From assembly GCA_965197905.1 (NCBI GenBank), contig CBDAOB010000004.1, positions 896,001 to 960,000 of the forward strand: DNA of 64,000 bases. The letters are read 5' to 3'. Origin of the DNA: Candidatus Latescibacterota bacterium. Lineage in GTDB: Bacteria > Latescibacterota > UBA2968 > UBA8231. Of this stretch, positions 52,187-61,788 are shown piece by piece. Under the pieces are notes generated by a model, which worked only from the letters and a program-made list of their open reading frames with translations, was not told the origin of the DNA and searched no databases. The stretch's first letter is position 1; each line of letters opens with the position of its first letter. The position numbers were made by a program, and so were the translations under genes.

Positions 52187-53638
52187 CTACACCTCCGGAA
52201 GCAGCGCGTCGTCGTCTGTTTCTTGCTGCCACTGCTGCAACAAAGTGGTCATGCTCGAGATGCGATCCTTCTGGCCGGCGTCGTCGTACAGGTTGTTTTC
52301 CTCGGTGGGATCTTCGTTCATGTCGTAGAGCTCGCATTGATCGACGGTGCTCAGATTGAGCTTCCATCCATCGCCCGAAATCACCGTGCGCCACGGTTGC
52401 CAGGAGGGCCAGGGAACACCGGCTCCGGCTCGAATCAGCGGCCCATTAGTTTCAATGAACACAGCGTTCTCTTCGAGGGAAGTTTCACCGCGGAGCACCG
52501 GTTCGAGACTCTTTCCTTCCAAACCGGAAGGCGGCGGCACACCCATCAGACCCAGGAGGGTGGGCACCAGGTCGATCTGACTCATGTGCCCGGCTATCTG
52601 TTTGTATTCATCTGTAATCCACGGCACCCGCATCAACAGCGGCACCTTGATCGACTCCTGATAGAGCACCTCCTTGTGAAGCATCCCGTGTGATCCCATC
52701 ATCTCCCCATGGTCGCTGGTGTAGACGACGATGGTGTTGTCGGCGACGCCAGACTCGCTCAGCGCTTCGAGGATCGGCGCCATAGCTCGATCCACACTGG
52801 AGATAGCCTCCCAATAGCGGGCGCGTAGTCGCAGCCAGCCGGCTTCGTCCCCTAGGTCCTCACCGTCGATTTCGGGAAGATCCCCGTAGAACTCCGCCTT
52901 CTTCTGGTGGTAGAGCGAAGCATTTGCCGGGGGCCCTCTCAAGAAATGAGGTTCCCGCGGCAGCTTGGCCGGATCGTAAAGGCTGCTGGGCCGGCTGGGA
53001 AGCGGGCTGTGGGGGTCCATGAATCCGGCGTACAACACGAACGGTCGTTCGCCGTTCTCTCTGATGAAACGGGCGGCTTCGCGACCCACGTACGCGTTCT
53101 TGCTCATCTCCCACGGCAAATCGGCCGTCATTTCACGAGAGAAGATCCTGGCGGCCATCCATTCAACGTCTGGTGTGTACCCATTCTCGAGCAGGAAGTG
53201 GTGGTAGTCGCTGAAGCGCGACAGATACTCCCTTTGAGTGAAGAAGAGGCGGTAGTAATCCTCCATGCCGACCCAGTGTTCGAACCCGTGCTGCGGGAAG
53301 ATCTCGTCGCCCAGGTGCCATTTCCCGATGTAGCCACATTCGTATTCGGACGGCACCATCTCGGCAATAGTGGGCGTACTTGGTTTGAGAGGAATGTTGA
53401 GATGTATGCAGCCGTTGGTATGGGGATAGAGGCCGGTCATGATGCTGGATCGCGCCGGCGTGCATAAAGGCTGCGTCACGTAGGCATTCTGGAAGACAAA
53501 GCTGTCATTCGCCAGTGCGTTGAGGTTGGGTGTCTGGATGAGGTGGTTGCCATAGCAGCGCATCGTGTCGAACCGCTGTTGGTCGGTAAAGATGAACAGC
53601 AGGTTTGGCTTCGTCGGAGGTCTATTAATCTGGGCCAT
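52187..53638 (-). CDS. Sulfatase (formylglycine type)
   Basis: FTDQQR, CTPARSSIMTG (CxPxR), GKWHL and SDHGEM motifs. Confidence 0.93.
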   Translation of the reverse strand: MAQINRPPTKPNLLFIFTDQQRFDTMRCYGNHLIQTPNLNALANDSFVFQNAYVTQPLCTPARSSIMTGLYPHTNGCIHLNIPLKPSTPTIAEMVPSEYECGYIGKWHLGDEIFPQHGFEHWVGMEDYYRLFFTQREYLSRFSDYHHFLLENGYTPDVEWMAARIFSREMTADLPWEMSKNAYVGREAARFIRENGERPFVLYAGFMDPHSPLPSRPSSLYDPAKLPREPHFLRGPPANASLYHQKKAEFYGDLPEIDGEDLGDEAGWLRLRARYWEAISSVDRAMAPILEALSESGVADNTIVVYTSDHGEMMGSHGMLHKEVLYQESIKVPLLMRVPWITDEYKQIAGHMSQIDLVPTLLGLMGVPPPSGLEGKSLEPVLRGETSLEENAVFIETNGPLIRAGAGVPWPSWQPWRTVISGDGWKLNLSTVDQCELYDMNEDPTEENNLYDDAGQKDRISSMTTLLQQWQQETDDDALLPEV

Positions 53639-53722
53639 TGCCGTACTTCCCTTGACGGTCAGAGTGGTTCGGGATACTAGGCAGATTAAGGGCGGTCTCG
53701 GTTATGCGGTCAAGGAGCGCCC

Positions 53723-53782
53723 GCCACAAACTCGCCTACCTTGCCGCTATTGACGATAACGCGTTTTATTCGCCCTATCCTT
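53723..53782 (+). repeat. Junction motif, subfamily B copy
   Basis: GCCACAAACTCGCCTACCTTGCCGCTATTGACGATAACGCGTTTTATTCGCCCTATCCTT; ends 42 bp before ATG 53824. Confidence 0.9.
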
Positions 53783-53823
53783 TTGCCAGCATTGCATGGG
53801 AACAGTCTCAGGAGGAGAAACCG

Positions 53824-54873
53824 ATGGTTCCGCATCTCAGAGAGGCTCTTGACGCTGAAACTGTCTATCGCGTTGACCTGACCAACGGCACGAACATGTC
53901 CGGGTGCGTTGTTCATCAAGACGACCAGCGCATCCGACTCAGGCTGAACGACGGTTTCGCAACCACGATTCCCTGGTCGCGGATTCACGCTCTGTCCGAT
54001 GGGGACGGATCAAACCAACGTGTGATCCAGGCCTTACCGACCGATCCTGGATCCAAAGACTACAAAACACTTGCATTGAAGACGGTAGATGAAGTTACGA
54101 TCCGCAAGAACCCGACGACGCAACTACACCTGCGTGCCGTCGAATGGCCCGATCAGACATTCCTGCTCTGGTTTCCTGAAGTAATCGTGCGCGACGTCTG
54201 GGCGCAATGGGACGCTGAAGTGGCGCGCCAGGACTTCGTCACGACTGAAGACGGCTCACTGGTTTGGATGAGGGACCTGCCCGGGACCGCGATCGTGAAG
54301 GCGACACTGACCCCTCGCGATTATTCCGTAGATCTCGAAATCCGAGTCAAAGCGAAACCGGATCACGAGATTCCTATGGCAGTGCCGCAGAATTGCTTGC
54401 TCTTTTCGGCGGCTCCCGACTTTGCTTGCAACGACTACAGCCGGATCTTGGTCCGCGTCAAAGAACAGTGGAGGTCATTGCTGGATCTGCGAACGGCCCC
54501 GGGCGCACGGGCGGAACAACACCCGGTCAGCGTGATCTATCGCGAGGGGTTTCTCAAGTCCAGTCACGGCAACATCTGGAAGGGCAGATCGGAGGAGGGG
54601 ACGATGCCGGGATGTGTCGATCATCCTCTCATCGCTTGTGTTTCCAAGTCTGGCGACCGAACGGTCGCGACCGCCTCGGAAGAGTATCAGGGGGTCTTCC
54701 ACAACCACCAGCTGCCTTACTTGCTCTGCATTCACAGCTCTCAAACCGGAGTTCGCATTCCCGAAGGAGAAGAGGCCATATTCCGCCAAGTCATCTGGTT
54801 TGTCGATGGCGGCGTCGAAGAAGCGGTCGCCGCATTTGATCGCGATGTTGCCGACAAGGTTCTCAATCCTTAG
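53824..54873 (+). CDS. Hypothetical protein
   Basis: AGGAGG RBS; 349-aa ORF; no family recognised. Confidence 0.65.
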   Translation: MVPHLREALDAETVYRVDLTNGTNMSGCVVHQDDQRIRLRLNDGFATTIPWSRIHALSDGDGSNQRVIQALPTDPGSKDYKTLALKTVDEVTIRKNPTTQLHLRAVEWPDQTFLLWFPEVIVRDVWAQWDAEVARQDFVTTEDGSLVWMRDLPGTAIVKATLTPRDYSVDLEIRVKAKPDHEIPMAVPQNCLLFSAAPDFACNDYSRILVRVKEQWRSLLDLRTAPGARAEQHPVSVIYREGFLKSSHGNIWKGRSEEGTMPGCVDHPLIACVSKSGDRTVATASEEYQGVFHNHQLPYLLCIHSSQTGVRIPEGEEAIFRQVIWFVDGGVEEAVAAFDRDVADKVLNP

Positions 54874-54934
54874 GACGACCGCACCCTTGGGAGCGATCGC
54901 CATGTTGCTCGTATTCTGAACAGGAGATGGCATT

Positions 54935-55930
54935 GTGAAACTCTTTCTGAACGTCGGCGATGATCCCTCTGCGGAAAGACTGAGATTCGCGCGTCAGATC
55001 GGCGTCGACGGGGTCATGGCAGCGCCCGGCCCTCAGTCACCCGACCTCGGTTACCACGAGCTGCAATTCCTCCAGGATTTGAGGCGGCACATCGAGTCGT
55101 TCGATCTCGAGTTCTACGGCATCCGGCTGCTGCCGTGGACGTGGACCTACAAATGGCAGCTCGGCCTGCCGGGCGGCGACGAGCAGCTTGAGCGCATGGC
55201 GACGACGGTGCGCAACATCGGCGCGGCAGGGATCGACATGCTGGTGTACAACATGCACGCCCTGCGGATCTATCGAACCAGCCCCGACGCTGCCTGGCGC
55301 GGCGGCGCCACGGCCACGGCATTCGACTACGACGACGTCCGCGACCTGCCGTTGATGGCGGGTGGACCTGGAACCGACGCGGATCTCATTCCCGAGAGCC
55401 ACCGCAGGCCGATCGGAGATGAGGAGATGTGGGGCAATCTCGCGTACCTGCTCAAGGCGGTCGTACCCGTGGCCGAGGGAGCGGGGGTGCGTCTCGCCCT
55501 GCACCCGGATGACCCTCCGGTAGCGTCGATCGCCGGCGTGGCTCGGATCATGCGCAGCCCCGAGGCGTTCCGGCGCATCATCGACATGGAGCCCAGCCCG
55601 AGCCACGGCATCGGTCTGTGTCATGGGTGCTTCGGCGAGATGGGGGCGGACGTTCCCGCCGAGATCCGCTACTTCGGCAGTCGGCAGCGCATCTTCTTCG
55701 TCGACTTCCGCAATGTCCGCGGCGTCACCGAGCGCTTCTCGGAGACCTTTCCCGACGACGGCGATGTCGACATGGCCGAGTGCATGAGGGCCTTCAAGGA
55801 GGTCGGCTTCGACGGACCGGTTTCGCCCGACCATACTCTCAAGATCGAAGGCGACAGCGACTGGGGGCATCGCTACTGGGCGTATGCCATCGGTCATACA
55901 CGTGGACTGGCACAGGCGATGGGAATCTGA
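54935..55930 (+). CDS. uxuA: Mannonate dehydratase
   Basis: YNM, LALHPDDPP, FRNVRG, DGDVDM and PDH motifs. Confidence 0.8.
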   Translation: MKLFLNVGDDPSAERLRFARQIGVDGVMAAPGPQSPDLGYHELQFLQDLRRHIESFDLEFYGIRLLPWTWTYKWQLGLPGGDEQLERMATTVRNIGAAGIDMLVYNMHALRIYRTSPDAAWRGGATATAFDYDDVRDLPLMAGGPGTDADLIPESHRRPIGDEEMWGNLAYLLKAVVPVAEGAGVRLALHPDDPPVASIAGVARIMRSPEAFRRIIDMEPSPSHGIGLCHGCFGEMGADVPAEIRYFGSRQRIFFVDFRNVRGVTERFSETFPDDGDVDMAECMRAFKEVGFDGPVSPDHTLKIEGDSDWGHRYWAYAIGHTRGLAQAMGI

Positions 55931-55992
55931 TGGACGGCGGAGTGTCAGTCCGCTGTTCACCGAAGGGCACGTAGCAGTCAAGGAGGGTCAGC

Positions 55993-56757
55993 ATGCCAGG
56001 AATCCTGGAAGATAAGGTCGCTTTGGTAACAGGCTCAGGGTCTGGAATAGGCCGCGCTGCCGCTCTAGCTTTTGCTAAAGAAGGAGCTAAGGTCGTCGTG
56101 GCGGATGTGAATCCCAATGCCGGCGAGGAGACGGTGGGCAAGATCGACGAAGCGGATGGACATGCCACCTTCATCCACGTCGACGTGTCGAAGGCGACCG
56201 CGGTCGAGGAGATGGTCAACAAGGCCGTCGAGGTCTACGGCAAGCTGGACTGCGCCCACAACAACGCTGGCATTGAGGGTATCACTGTTCCTACCCACGA
56301 ATACCCCGAGGAGGTCTGGGATCGCGTCATAACCATCAATTTGAAAGCGGTGTGGTTATGTATGAAGTACGAGATTCAACAGATGCTCAGGCATGGAGGT
56401 GGAGCCATCGTCAACACCTCGTCTATAGCCGGCCTGGTTGGCACCAGTAGCGGCATATGCGCCTACATTGCTAGCAAACATGGTGTCGTTGGTATCACCA
56501 AGACCGCAGCGCTGGAGTACGCTCAACAAGGCATTCGCGTCAACGCCGTTTGCCCAGGGCTCACGGAAACACCAATGGCTGACCGATTGCTGGACGGCGA
56601 CCCACAGGCTGCCGCGCGGGTTGCCGCCAACTATCCTCTAGCGCGTTTCGGGGCTCCAGAAGAGGTTGCCGAGGCCGTGATATGGCTGTGCTCGGATGCG
56701 TCATCCTTTGTCACTGGACACGCCCTGTCTGTCGATGGAGGTTATGTAGCCCAGTAG
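55993..56757 (+). CDS. SDR family oxidoreductase
   Basis: TGSGSGIG, HNNAG, YIASK and VDGG motifs. Confidence 0.92.
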   Translation: MPGILEDKVALVTGSGSGIGRAAALAFAKEGAKVVVADVNPNAGEETVGKIDEADGHATFIHVDVSKATAVEEMVNKAVEVYGKLDCAHNNAGIEGITVPTHEYPEEVWDRVITINLKAVWLCMKYEIQQMLRHGGGAIVNTSSIAGLVGTSSGICAYIASKHGVVGITKTAALEYAQQGIRVNAVCPGLTETPMADRLLDGDPQAAARVAANYPLARFGAPEEVAEAVIWLCSDASSFVTGHALSVDGGYVAQ

Positions 56758-56916
56758 CCGCATCTTTCATCTTTGAAGTCCGCGTCCCTCCTCTCCGCGC
56801 GTCGACAGCACTGTCAAGCGACGAAGCTGCTGTTGACCGCTTCAACAGCGACGTCGTGCCTGGTCGCCGAAACCACTATCGTCACCTGAGCACCCTGAGC
56901 ACAAAGGAGAGTACTG

Positions 56917-58422
56917 ATGTCGAAACAACCCGTACCCCAACCCTTTCTCGATTGGTTTGGGGTGTGGCCCGGTCAGGCTGGACGCGACGACCAAGGTCGC
57001 GCATGGCTCCAGGACCCGCCCCAGGGAATCCGTCTGAAGGTACAACCGGCGCGAAAGTCAGAAGTTTTCTTCAGGCCGACAAAACCTTGGGGACGCAACT
57101 CGATCAGCCACCCGTTTATCATTCTCGAGAATGGTCGCTGCCGCATGTGGTACCGCGAGACGGTGGCGTCAGGCGACGACCTCTTCAATCTGGATCGCTA
57201 TGCCGAAAGCGACGACGGTTTCGACTGGCAGTTTCCGGAATTGGGGTTGTACGAATTCGAGGGTTCGAAGGCGAACAACATCCTCTGTGACGGCGGCTTC
57301 TTCAACATTCACTCCGTTTTCAAGGATCCCACTGCCACACCCGAAGCACGCTACAAAGCGATCGAATCGAGGGGCCAGCTCTTTCGCCGCGGCAAACCAG
57401 TGCAGCTTTCCCAGCAGACCAAGCAGGAGATCCGCGAGGTCCGCAAGACGATGGAGCTGAACGGCTACAAACCAGAGGAGATTGACGCCGAGGCGGAGAT
57501 CCGCCACCAGGTGCGCGGTGCCGTCTCCCCAGACGGCTTGCGCTGGACCGCTCTGGACGAACCTCTGCTGGATACCGGACACACCCAGCTCGACACCCAG
57601 AACATCGCCGCCTTCGACGAGGACACCCGCGAGTATGTCGCTTTCCTGCGCGGCCAGCTGGATCGCCGGCGGTCCGTGCGGCGCACCGGCGGAAAGGAGT
57701 TTGGCAACTGGCATCCGACGCGATTGGTGCTCACCATCGACAGCCACGATGAACCGTTCGAGGACATCTACACCTCCGCCTATTGCCGTTGCCCGGGAAG
57801 CCGTCGCCATCTGATGTTCCCCACCATCTACCATCGCTTGTCATCCACCCTCGATATCCAGCTTGCCAGCAGTCACGACGGCTGGCTTTGGCGTCGCACG
57901 GAGCGGGTTCCGATTGTTACTCGGGAGAGCGGAGACCGGGAGTACGGAGCTATCTACGCCAGCCCCAACCTCGTGCCTCTGGGCGATGGATGGGGCATCC
58001 CCTACATGGGCATCTACCCTCGCCACGACGGCGGCGGCCGCTTTGCCACCTACGAACATCCGGTCTCGGAGTACCGCTGGGCCATGTGGAAGCCGGACCG
58101 ATTGGTGGCGCTGGAGGCAGACAGCGAGGGGCAATTCACCACCGTCGAACGCGTTTGTGGAGGACGGGAGCTGCGCTTGAACTTCCATACGGAGCAGGGT
58201 GGTTGGGTGAAAGTGGGGATCGCCCATCGTCCGGGCACGCCAGCTTCGCCTCTGCGAGAACTAGAAGGATTGGGTCTCGACGATTGCGACGTTTTAGCGG
58301 GCGACGAAGTGTCGAAGGTGGTCAGTTGGAACGGAAGGGCCAACCTCGGAGAGTTGGAGGGACAGCAGCTTTCAGTCAGGGTACGAGTCGCCCGTGCCCG
58401 GATTTTTTCTATAGCGCTCTAG
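56917..58422 (+). CDS. GH32/GH43-like propeller protein with C-terminal beta-sandwich
   Basis: YAESDDGFDW, FKDPTATPEARYK, SPDGLRW and LDTQN motifs; paralog of 13403-14998. Confidence 0.7.
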   Translation: MSKQPVPQPFLDWFGVWPGQAGRDDQGRAWLQDPPQGIRLKVQPARKSEVFFRPTKPWGRNSISHPFIILENGRCRMWYRETVASGDDLFNLDRYAESDDGFDWQFPELGLYEFEGSKANNILCDGGFFNIHSVFKDPTATPEARYKAIESRGQLFRRGKPVQLSQQTKQEIREVRKTMELNGYKPEEIDAEAEIRHQVRGAVSPDGLRWTALDEPLLDTGHTQLDTQNIAAFDEDTREYVAFLRGQLDRRRSVRRTGGKEFGNWHPTRLVLTIDSHDEPFEDIYTSAYCRCPGSRRHLMFPTIYHRLSSTLDIQLASSHDGWLWRRTERVPIVTRESGDREYGAIYASPNLVPLGDGWGIPYMGIYPRHDGGGRFATYEHPVSEYRWAMWKPDRLVALEADSEGQFTTVERVCGGRELRLNFHTEQGGWVKVGIAHRPGTPASPLRELEGLGLDDCDVLAGDEVSKVVSWNGRANLGELEGQQLSVRVRVARARIFSIAL

Positions 58423-58445
58423 CTCGCCTCTAAAAGCAGCGAGGC

Positions 58446-59630
58446 TCAGTCGAAGGTCACCGCCTCTTCGCTTTCGATCTTCGCGGGGTCGATCTCGTAT
58501 CCGAAGCCGGGGTTGTCACTCACAGTAAGCAAACCGTCTGCGAACTGCGGGCTTTCGTTGAGGAAGAAATAGCTCAGGGCCGCATGTTTGATCAGCATCT
58601 CCACGTACGGCGTGTGGATGGGCGACTGCACCGATGAGAACGCCATGCCGGCCGGCGATACTCCCTGGTGGCAGATGGTGATGACGTCGTAGCTGGTGGC
58701 GAGGGCGGCAATCTTCAGCACCTCCGACAGGCCGCCGGACCAATTGAGGTCGGGCTGGATGATGTCCAATGCCTCGGCGTCCAGGAAACGTTTGAATCCC
58801 CAGCGGGTGTACTCGTGCTCGGCGCCGGCGATCGGGATGTTCGTCTTCTCGCGGATCTTGCGGTAGGAGTCGATCCGATCCGGCATCGCCACCTCCTCCA
58901 GCCAGCGCGGGCGGTACTCGGCGATCTGCTCGGCCAGCCGCGTCACGTAGTTAACATCCATCGACTGCCAGCAGTCGAGCATGATGTCGTCTTCATCGCC
59001 AAGCGCCTCGCGCACCGTTTTCACCATCTGCACGTTGAGCTTGAGTCCCTCAGGACCGGACATGGGTCCGTGCCGAAAGAACCACTTTTGCGCTTTGTAG
59101 CCACGGGACTTCATCTCTTGGGCGCGGTCGCGGACGAGATCAAAGTCGGTGACCGAATATCCGAGCATGCTGGCGTAAGCGGGAATGGTTTTTTGCGTCG
59201 GACCGCCGAGCAGACGATATACCGGCTGTCCTAGCCATTTGCCCTTGAGATCCCACAGGGCGTTATCGATGACCGAGATTCCCATCATCGGCTCACCCTG
59301 GCGACCATGTACCGAGGAGCGAAACATTACGTCCCAGAGATACTCGGTGGCCAAAGGGTCTTTGCCGATGAGCAGTGACGCCAGCTGCGAAACGTGAAAT
59401 GCGACGCCGTTTCCGACGGAGCCGCAGATTCCGGAGACGCCCTCGTCGGTCTCGATCTGCAGGAAGGTCTCGGTAACGAGGAAGTGGCGATCGTCGGTTG
59501 GCTTACCCGGGCCGCGCGAGCGGAAGTCCGGGTAGATATCGAGCGGACGGACGAGTCGCTCCTCGAAGAACGGTCCGTCTACTTCCATCGTGCCGGACAA
59601 CCGGCGAAGACGAAGGTTGGTGATTTTCAT
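58446..59630 (-). CDS. Enolase-superfamily sugar-acid dehydratase (mandelate racemase/L-rhamnonate dehydratase-like)
   Basis: DNALWDLKGK, MLDCWQS, WLEE, AEHEYTRWG and QPD motifs. Confidence 0.88.
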   Translation of the reverse strand: MKITNLRLRRLSGTMEVDGPFFEERLVRPLDIYPDFRSRGPGKPTDDRHFLVTETFLQIETDEGVSGICGSVGNGVAFHVSQLASLLIGKDPLATEYLWDVMFRSSVHGRQGEPMMGISVIDNALWDLKGKWLGQPVYRLLGGPTQKTIPAYASMLGYSVTDFDLVRDRAQEMKSRGYKAQKWFFRHGPMSGPEGLKLNVQMVKTVREALGDEDDIMLDCWQSMDVNYVTRLAEQIAEYRPRWLEEVAMPDRIDSYRKIREKTNIPIAGAEHEYTRWGFKRFLDAEALDIIQPDLNWSGGLSEVLKIAALATSYDVITICHQGVSPAGMAFSSVQSPIHTPYVEMLIKHAALSYFFLNESPQFADGLLTVSDNPGFGYEIDPAKIESEEAVTFD

Positions 59631-61282
59631 CTGGTCGAATTTCTCTTACCGGGTTGGCGCAGAAGATCGTCTCTGAGCCAGGAGACCCAGCTCATGACCT
59701 CCGTCTGCTGCGCCACCAGGCAGACTTCAAGCATGGCCGGACGTCCCGCGTCGAGGGCTCGATTCAGGGCCGGTTCGAATTCTGTCACGTCTTCAATGCG
59801 CTCGGCGTAAGCCCCGAAGGATCTGGCGAATTCGACGAAGTCCGGATTGTGAAGTTCCGTATCGATCGTGCGCCCATCACACTGTTTGAGCTGCGCTCCC
59901 TTGATCGCCGACAGAGCGCCGTCATTGACGACGATCGTGACGACGTCGATGCCATAGCGCATGGCTGTCGCCAGCTCCGGACTGCCCATGAGAAATCCGC
60001 CGTCGCCGCTGAAGCAGATGACCGGCCGATCGCGATGGGCCACCTTGGCGCCGAGCGCCGCGGGAAAGGCGTAGCCGAGGGACACACCGATGCATGGATA
60101 GAGGAACGTCTGCGGATCTGACACGGGATACTCGGCAAACGTCGAGTAGCCGATGCCGTGAACATCGACGGCGAGGATGCCGTCGTCTGGCAGGCACTGG
60201 CGAATCTCCGGCAGCAGGGGCAGGGGCAGTTGCGAGTCAAAAGGCTTTCGCAACCTGGTCAGCGCTGCCGTCCAGGCAGAGGATGATTCCCGCGGGGTCA
60301 CCTGTTGTGTCAGGGCTGCGAGGGATTCTCTGAGATTGCCCGCAACGCCGACATCACACTCGTATTCTCGGCCGATTTCCGACGGCTCCGGGTCGAACTG
60401 AATGAGGGGCCGGGGAAAGTCACGGCTCCAGGAGGCGGAATCGATGGAGGTGAACCGGCAGCCAATCGCCAGCGTGCAGTCCGCCACCTCGACTGCTTGC
60501 TGGGCGAGATAGCCGCGGACGTCCCGCAAAGCGAGTGGATGGCCCTCGTCGATTACACCCTTGCCGCGCCGGGTTACCATGACTGGAGCCGCCAATTTTT
60601 CGGCGAGCTGTCTCAGTTCCGGTCCGGCACCGGCGGCGATGACGGCGTGTCCGGCAAACAGGATGGGCGTTTGGGCTTGCTCCAGGGTCGCCAGGGCCGT
60701 GTCGACGGCCGCCGAATCGGGGGATGCTACGATTTCGGCAGGGGCGAAAGCCGGAATCCTTTCCGTGCACTCCGCCGCCATGACATCCAGGGGAAACTCG
60801 AGCACTGCCGGTCCGGGACGACGGGAGCGCATTGCCCGGAAGGCCTCTTCCACAAGGATGGGGATTTCGGCTGCAGAACTCGCTGCGGCGCAGTATTTCG
60901 TTATCGGATCGAAGAACCGCATCTGATCGAGACCGTGGAACATCTTGGCCTGGTCTCGACCGCTGTGGGCGGTGTCACTCTGTCCGGTTATCAGGAGGAC
61001 GGGGACGCAGTCCGTGTAGGCCTCGAGAATGCCGGTAGAGGCGTTGCTGGCACCTGGGCCAGGCACGGTGAGGGCAACGCCAACATCGCCCGTCGACCTG
61101 GCGAAACCGTCAGCCATGACAGTCGCGGCGTACTCGTGGCGCACGAGATAGTGATCGATGACGCCATCGCCGAAGCGCTCGAGAGCGTCGTATATGCTCA
61201 GATTCTGGGTGCCCGGCATCCCGAAAACGACGCGAACACCCTGGGCCTTGAGGCATTCGATGAGGAGCTGGCCGCCGGTCAC
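59627..61282 (-). CDS. Thiamine-pyrophosphate-dependent enzyme (acetolactate synthase-like)
   Basis: FGMPG, RHE, GPGASN and GDGGF...VND motifs. Confidence 0.9.
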   Translation of the reverse strand: MTGGQLLIECLKAQGVRVVFGMPGTQNLSIYDALERFGDGVIDHYLVRHEYAATVMADGFARSTGDVGVALTVPGPGASNASTGILEAYTDCVPVLLITGQSDTAHSGRDQAKMFHGLDQMRFFDPITKYCAAASSAAEIPILVEEAFRAMRSRRPGPAVLEFPLDVMAAECTERIPAFAPAEIVASPDSAAVDTALATLEQAQTPILFAGHAVIAAGAGPELRQLAEKLAAPVMVTRRGKGVIDEGHPLALRDVRGYLAQQAVEVADCTLAIGCRFTSIDSASWSRDFPRPLIQFDPEPSEIGREYECDVGVAGNLRESLAALTQQVTPRESSSAWTAALTRLRKPFDSQLPLPLLPEIRQCLPDDGILAVDVHGIGYSTFAEYPVSDPQTFLYPCIGVSLGYAFPAALGAKVAHRDRPVICFSGDGGFLMGSPELATAMRYGIDVVTIVVNDGALSAIKGAQLKQCDGRTIDTELHNPDFVEFARSFGAYAERIEDVTEFEPALNRALDAGRPAMLEVCLVAQQTEVMSWVSWLRDDLLRQPGKRNSTR

Positions 61283-61518
61283 AACTCAACTTCTCTGGGG
61301 CCCCGCGGGAAACCGTAGGGGAGGTCGGTGCGATCGGCGTGCAGCGGCCAACTCTGCCCGCCTAGATTCTGAAACGACTCGTGGTGGCCACAGAGCTCCC
61401 CATCCTCAATCAGCATCATACCGATCACCTGCGCCCGGGGCGAAGTATTGTTGCCCTGTAGATAGAGGATATCCTGTTGTTTCTGACTGTTTTGCTGCAC
61501 TATATCGGAGATCCCAAG
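61279..61518 (-). pseudogene. Collapsed chimeric remnant of a two-gene operon homologous to 31754-32992
   Basis: GISDIVQQNSQKQQDILYLQ..IEDGEL fused in frame to CGHHESFQNLGGQSWPLHADRTDLPYGFP. Confidence 0.88.
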
Positions 61519-61647
61519 ATTATAAGAAGAATAAACACCGTTATCGATAGTCGCGGCGAGGGTCCGTTCCGTGGGGATTTGGGGTCACTCGAAGAATATG
61601 GTGGCAGGCTGAGGGAAACGGACCCGAAGCGCTAGCGGATCTATTTA
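61519..61647 (-). mobile_element. ~129-bp non-coding element ending in junction motif subfamily A (TATAAT variant)
   Basis: Second copy of 44148-44268, with a small TCCGT duplication. Confidence 0.85.
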
Positions 61648-61778
61648 AAGCGGGCGCCGGCCATGGCCACCGGCGGCATGTCTTCCAACCCGAGTTTGAT
61701 AAAGACGGAGTTGCCGCCCCAAAGAAAGGTTGCCACGACGGCAAGCGAGGACGCTTGAGATCGACGCGCTGCCGGCAC
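61641..61778 (-). pseudogene. N-terminal stump of a DMT/EamA transporter, cut by the element
   Basis: LAVVATFLWGGNSVFIKLGLEDMPPVAMAGARF; the stop comes from the first bases of the element. Confidence 0.8.
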
Positions 61779-61788
61779 GGTCGGGCGT

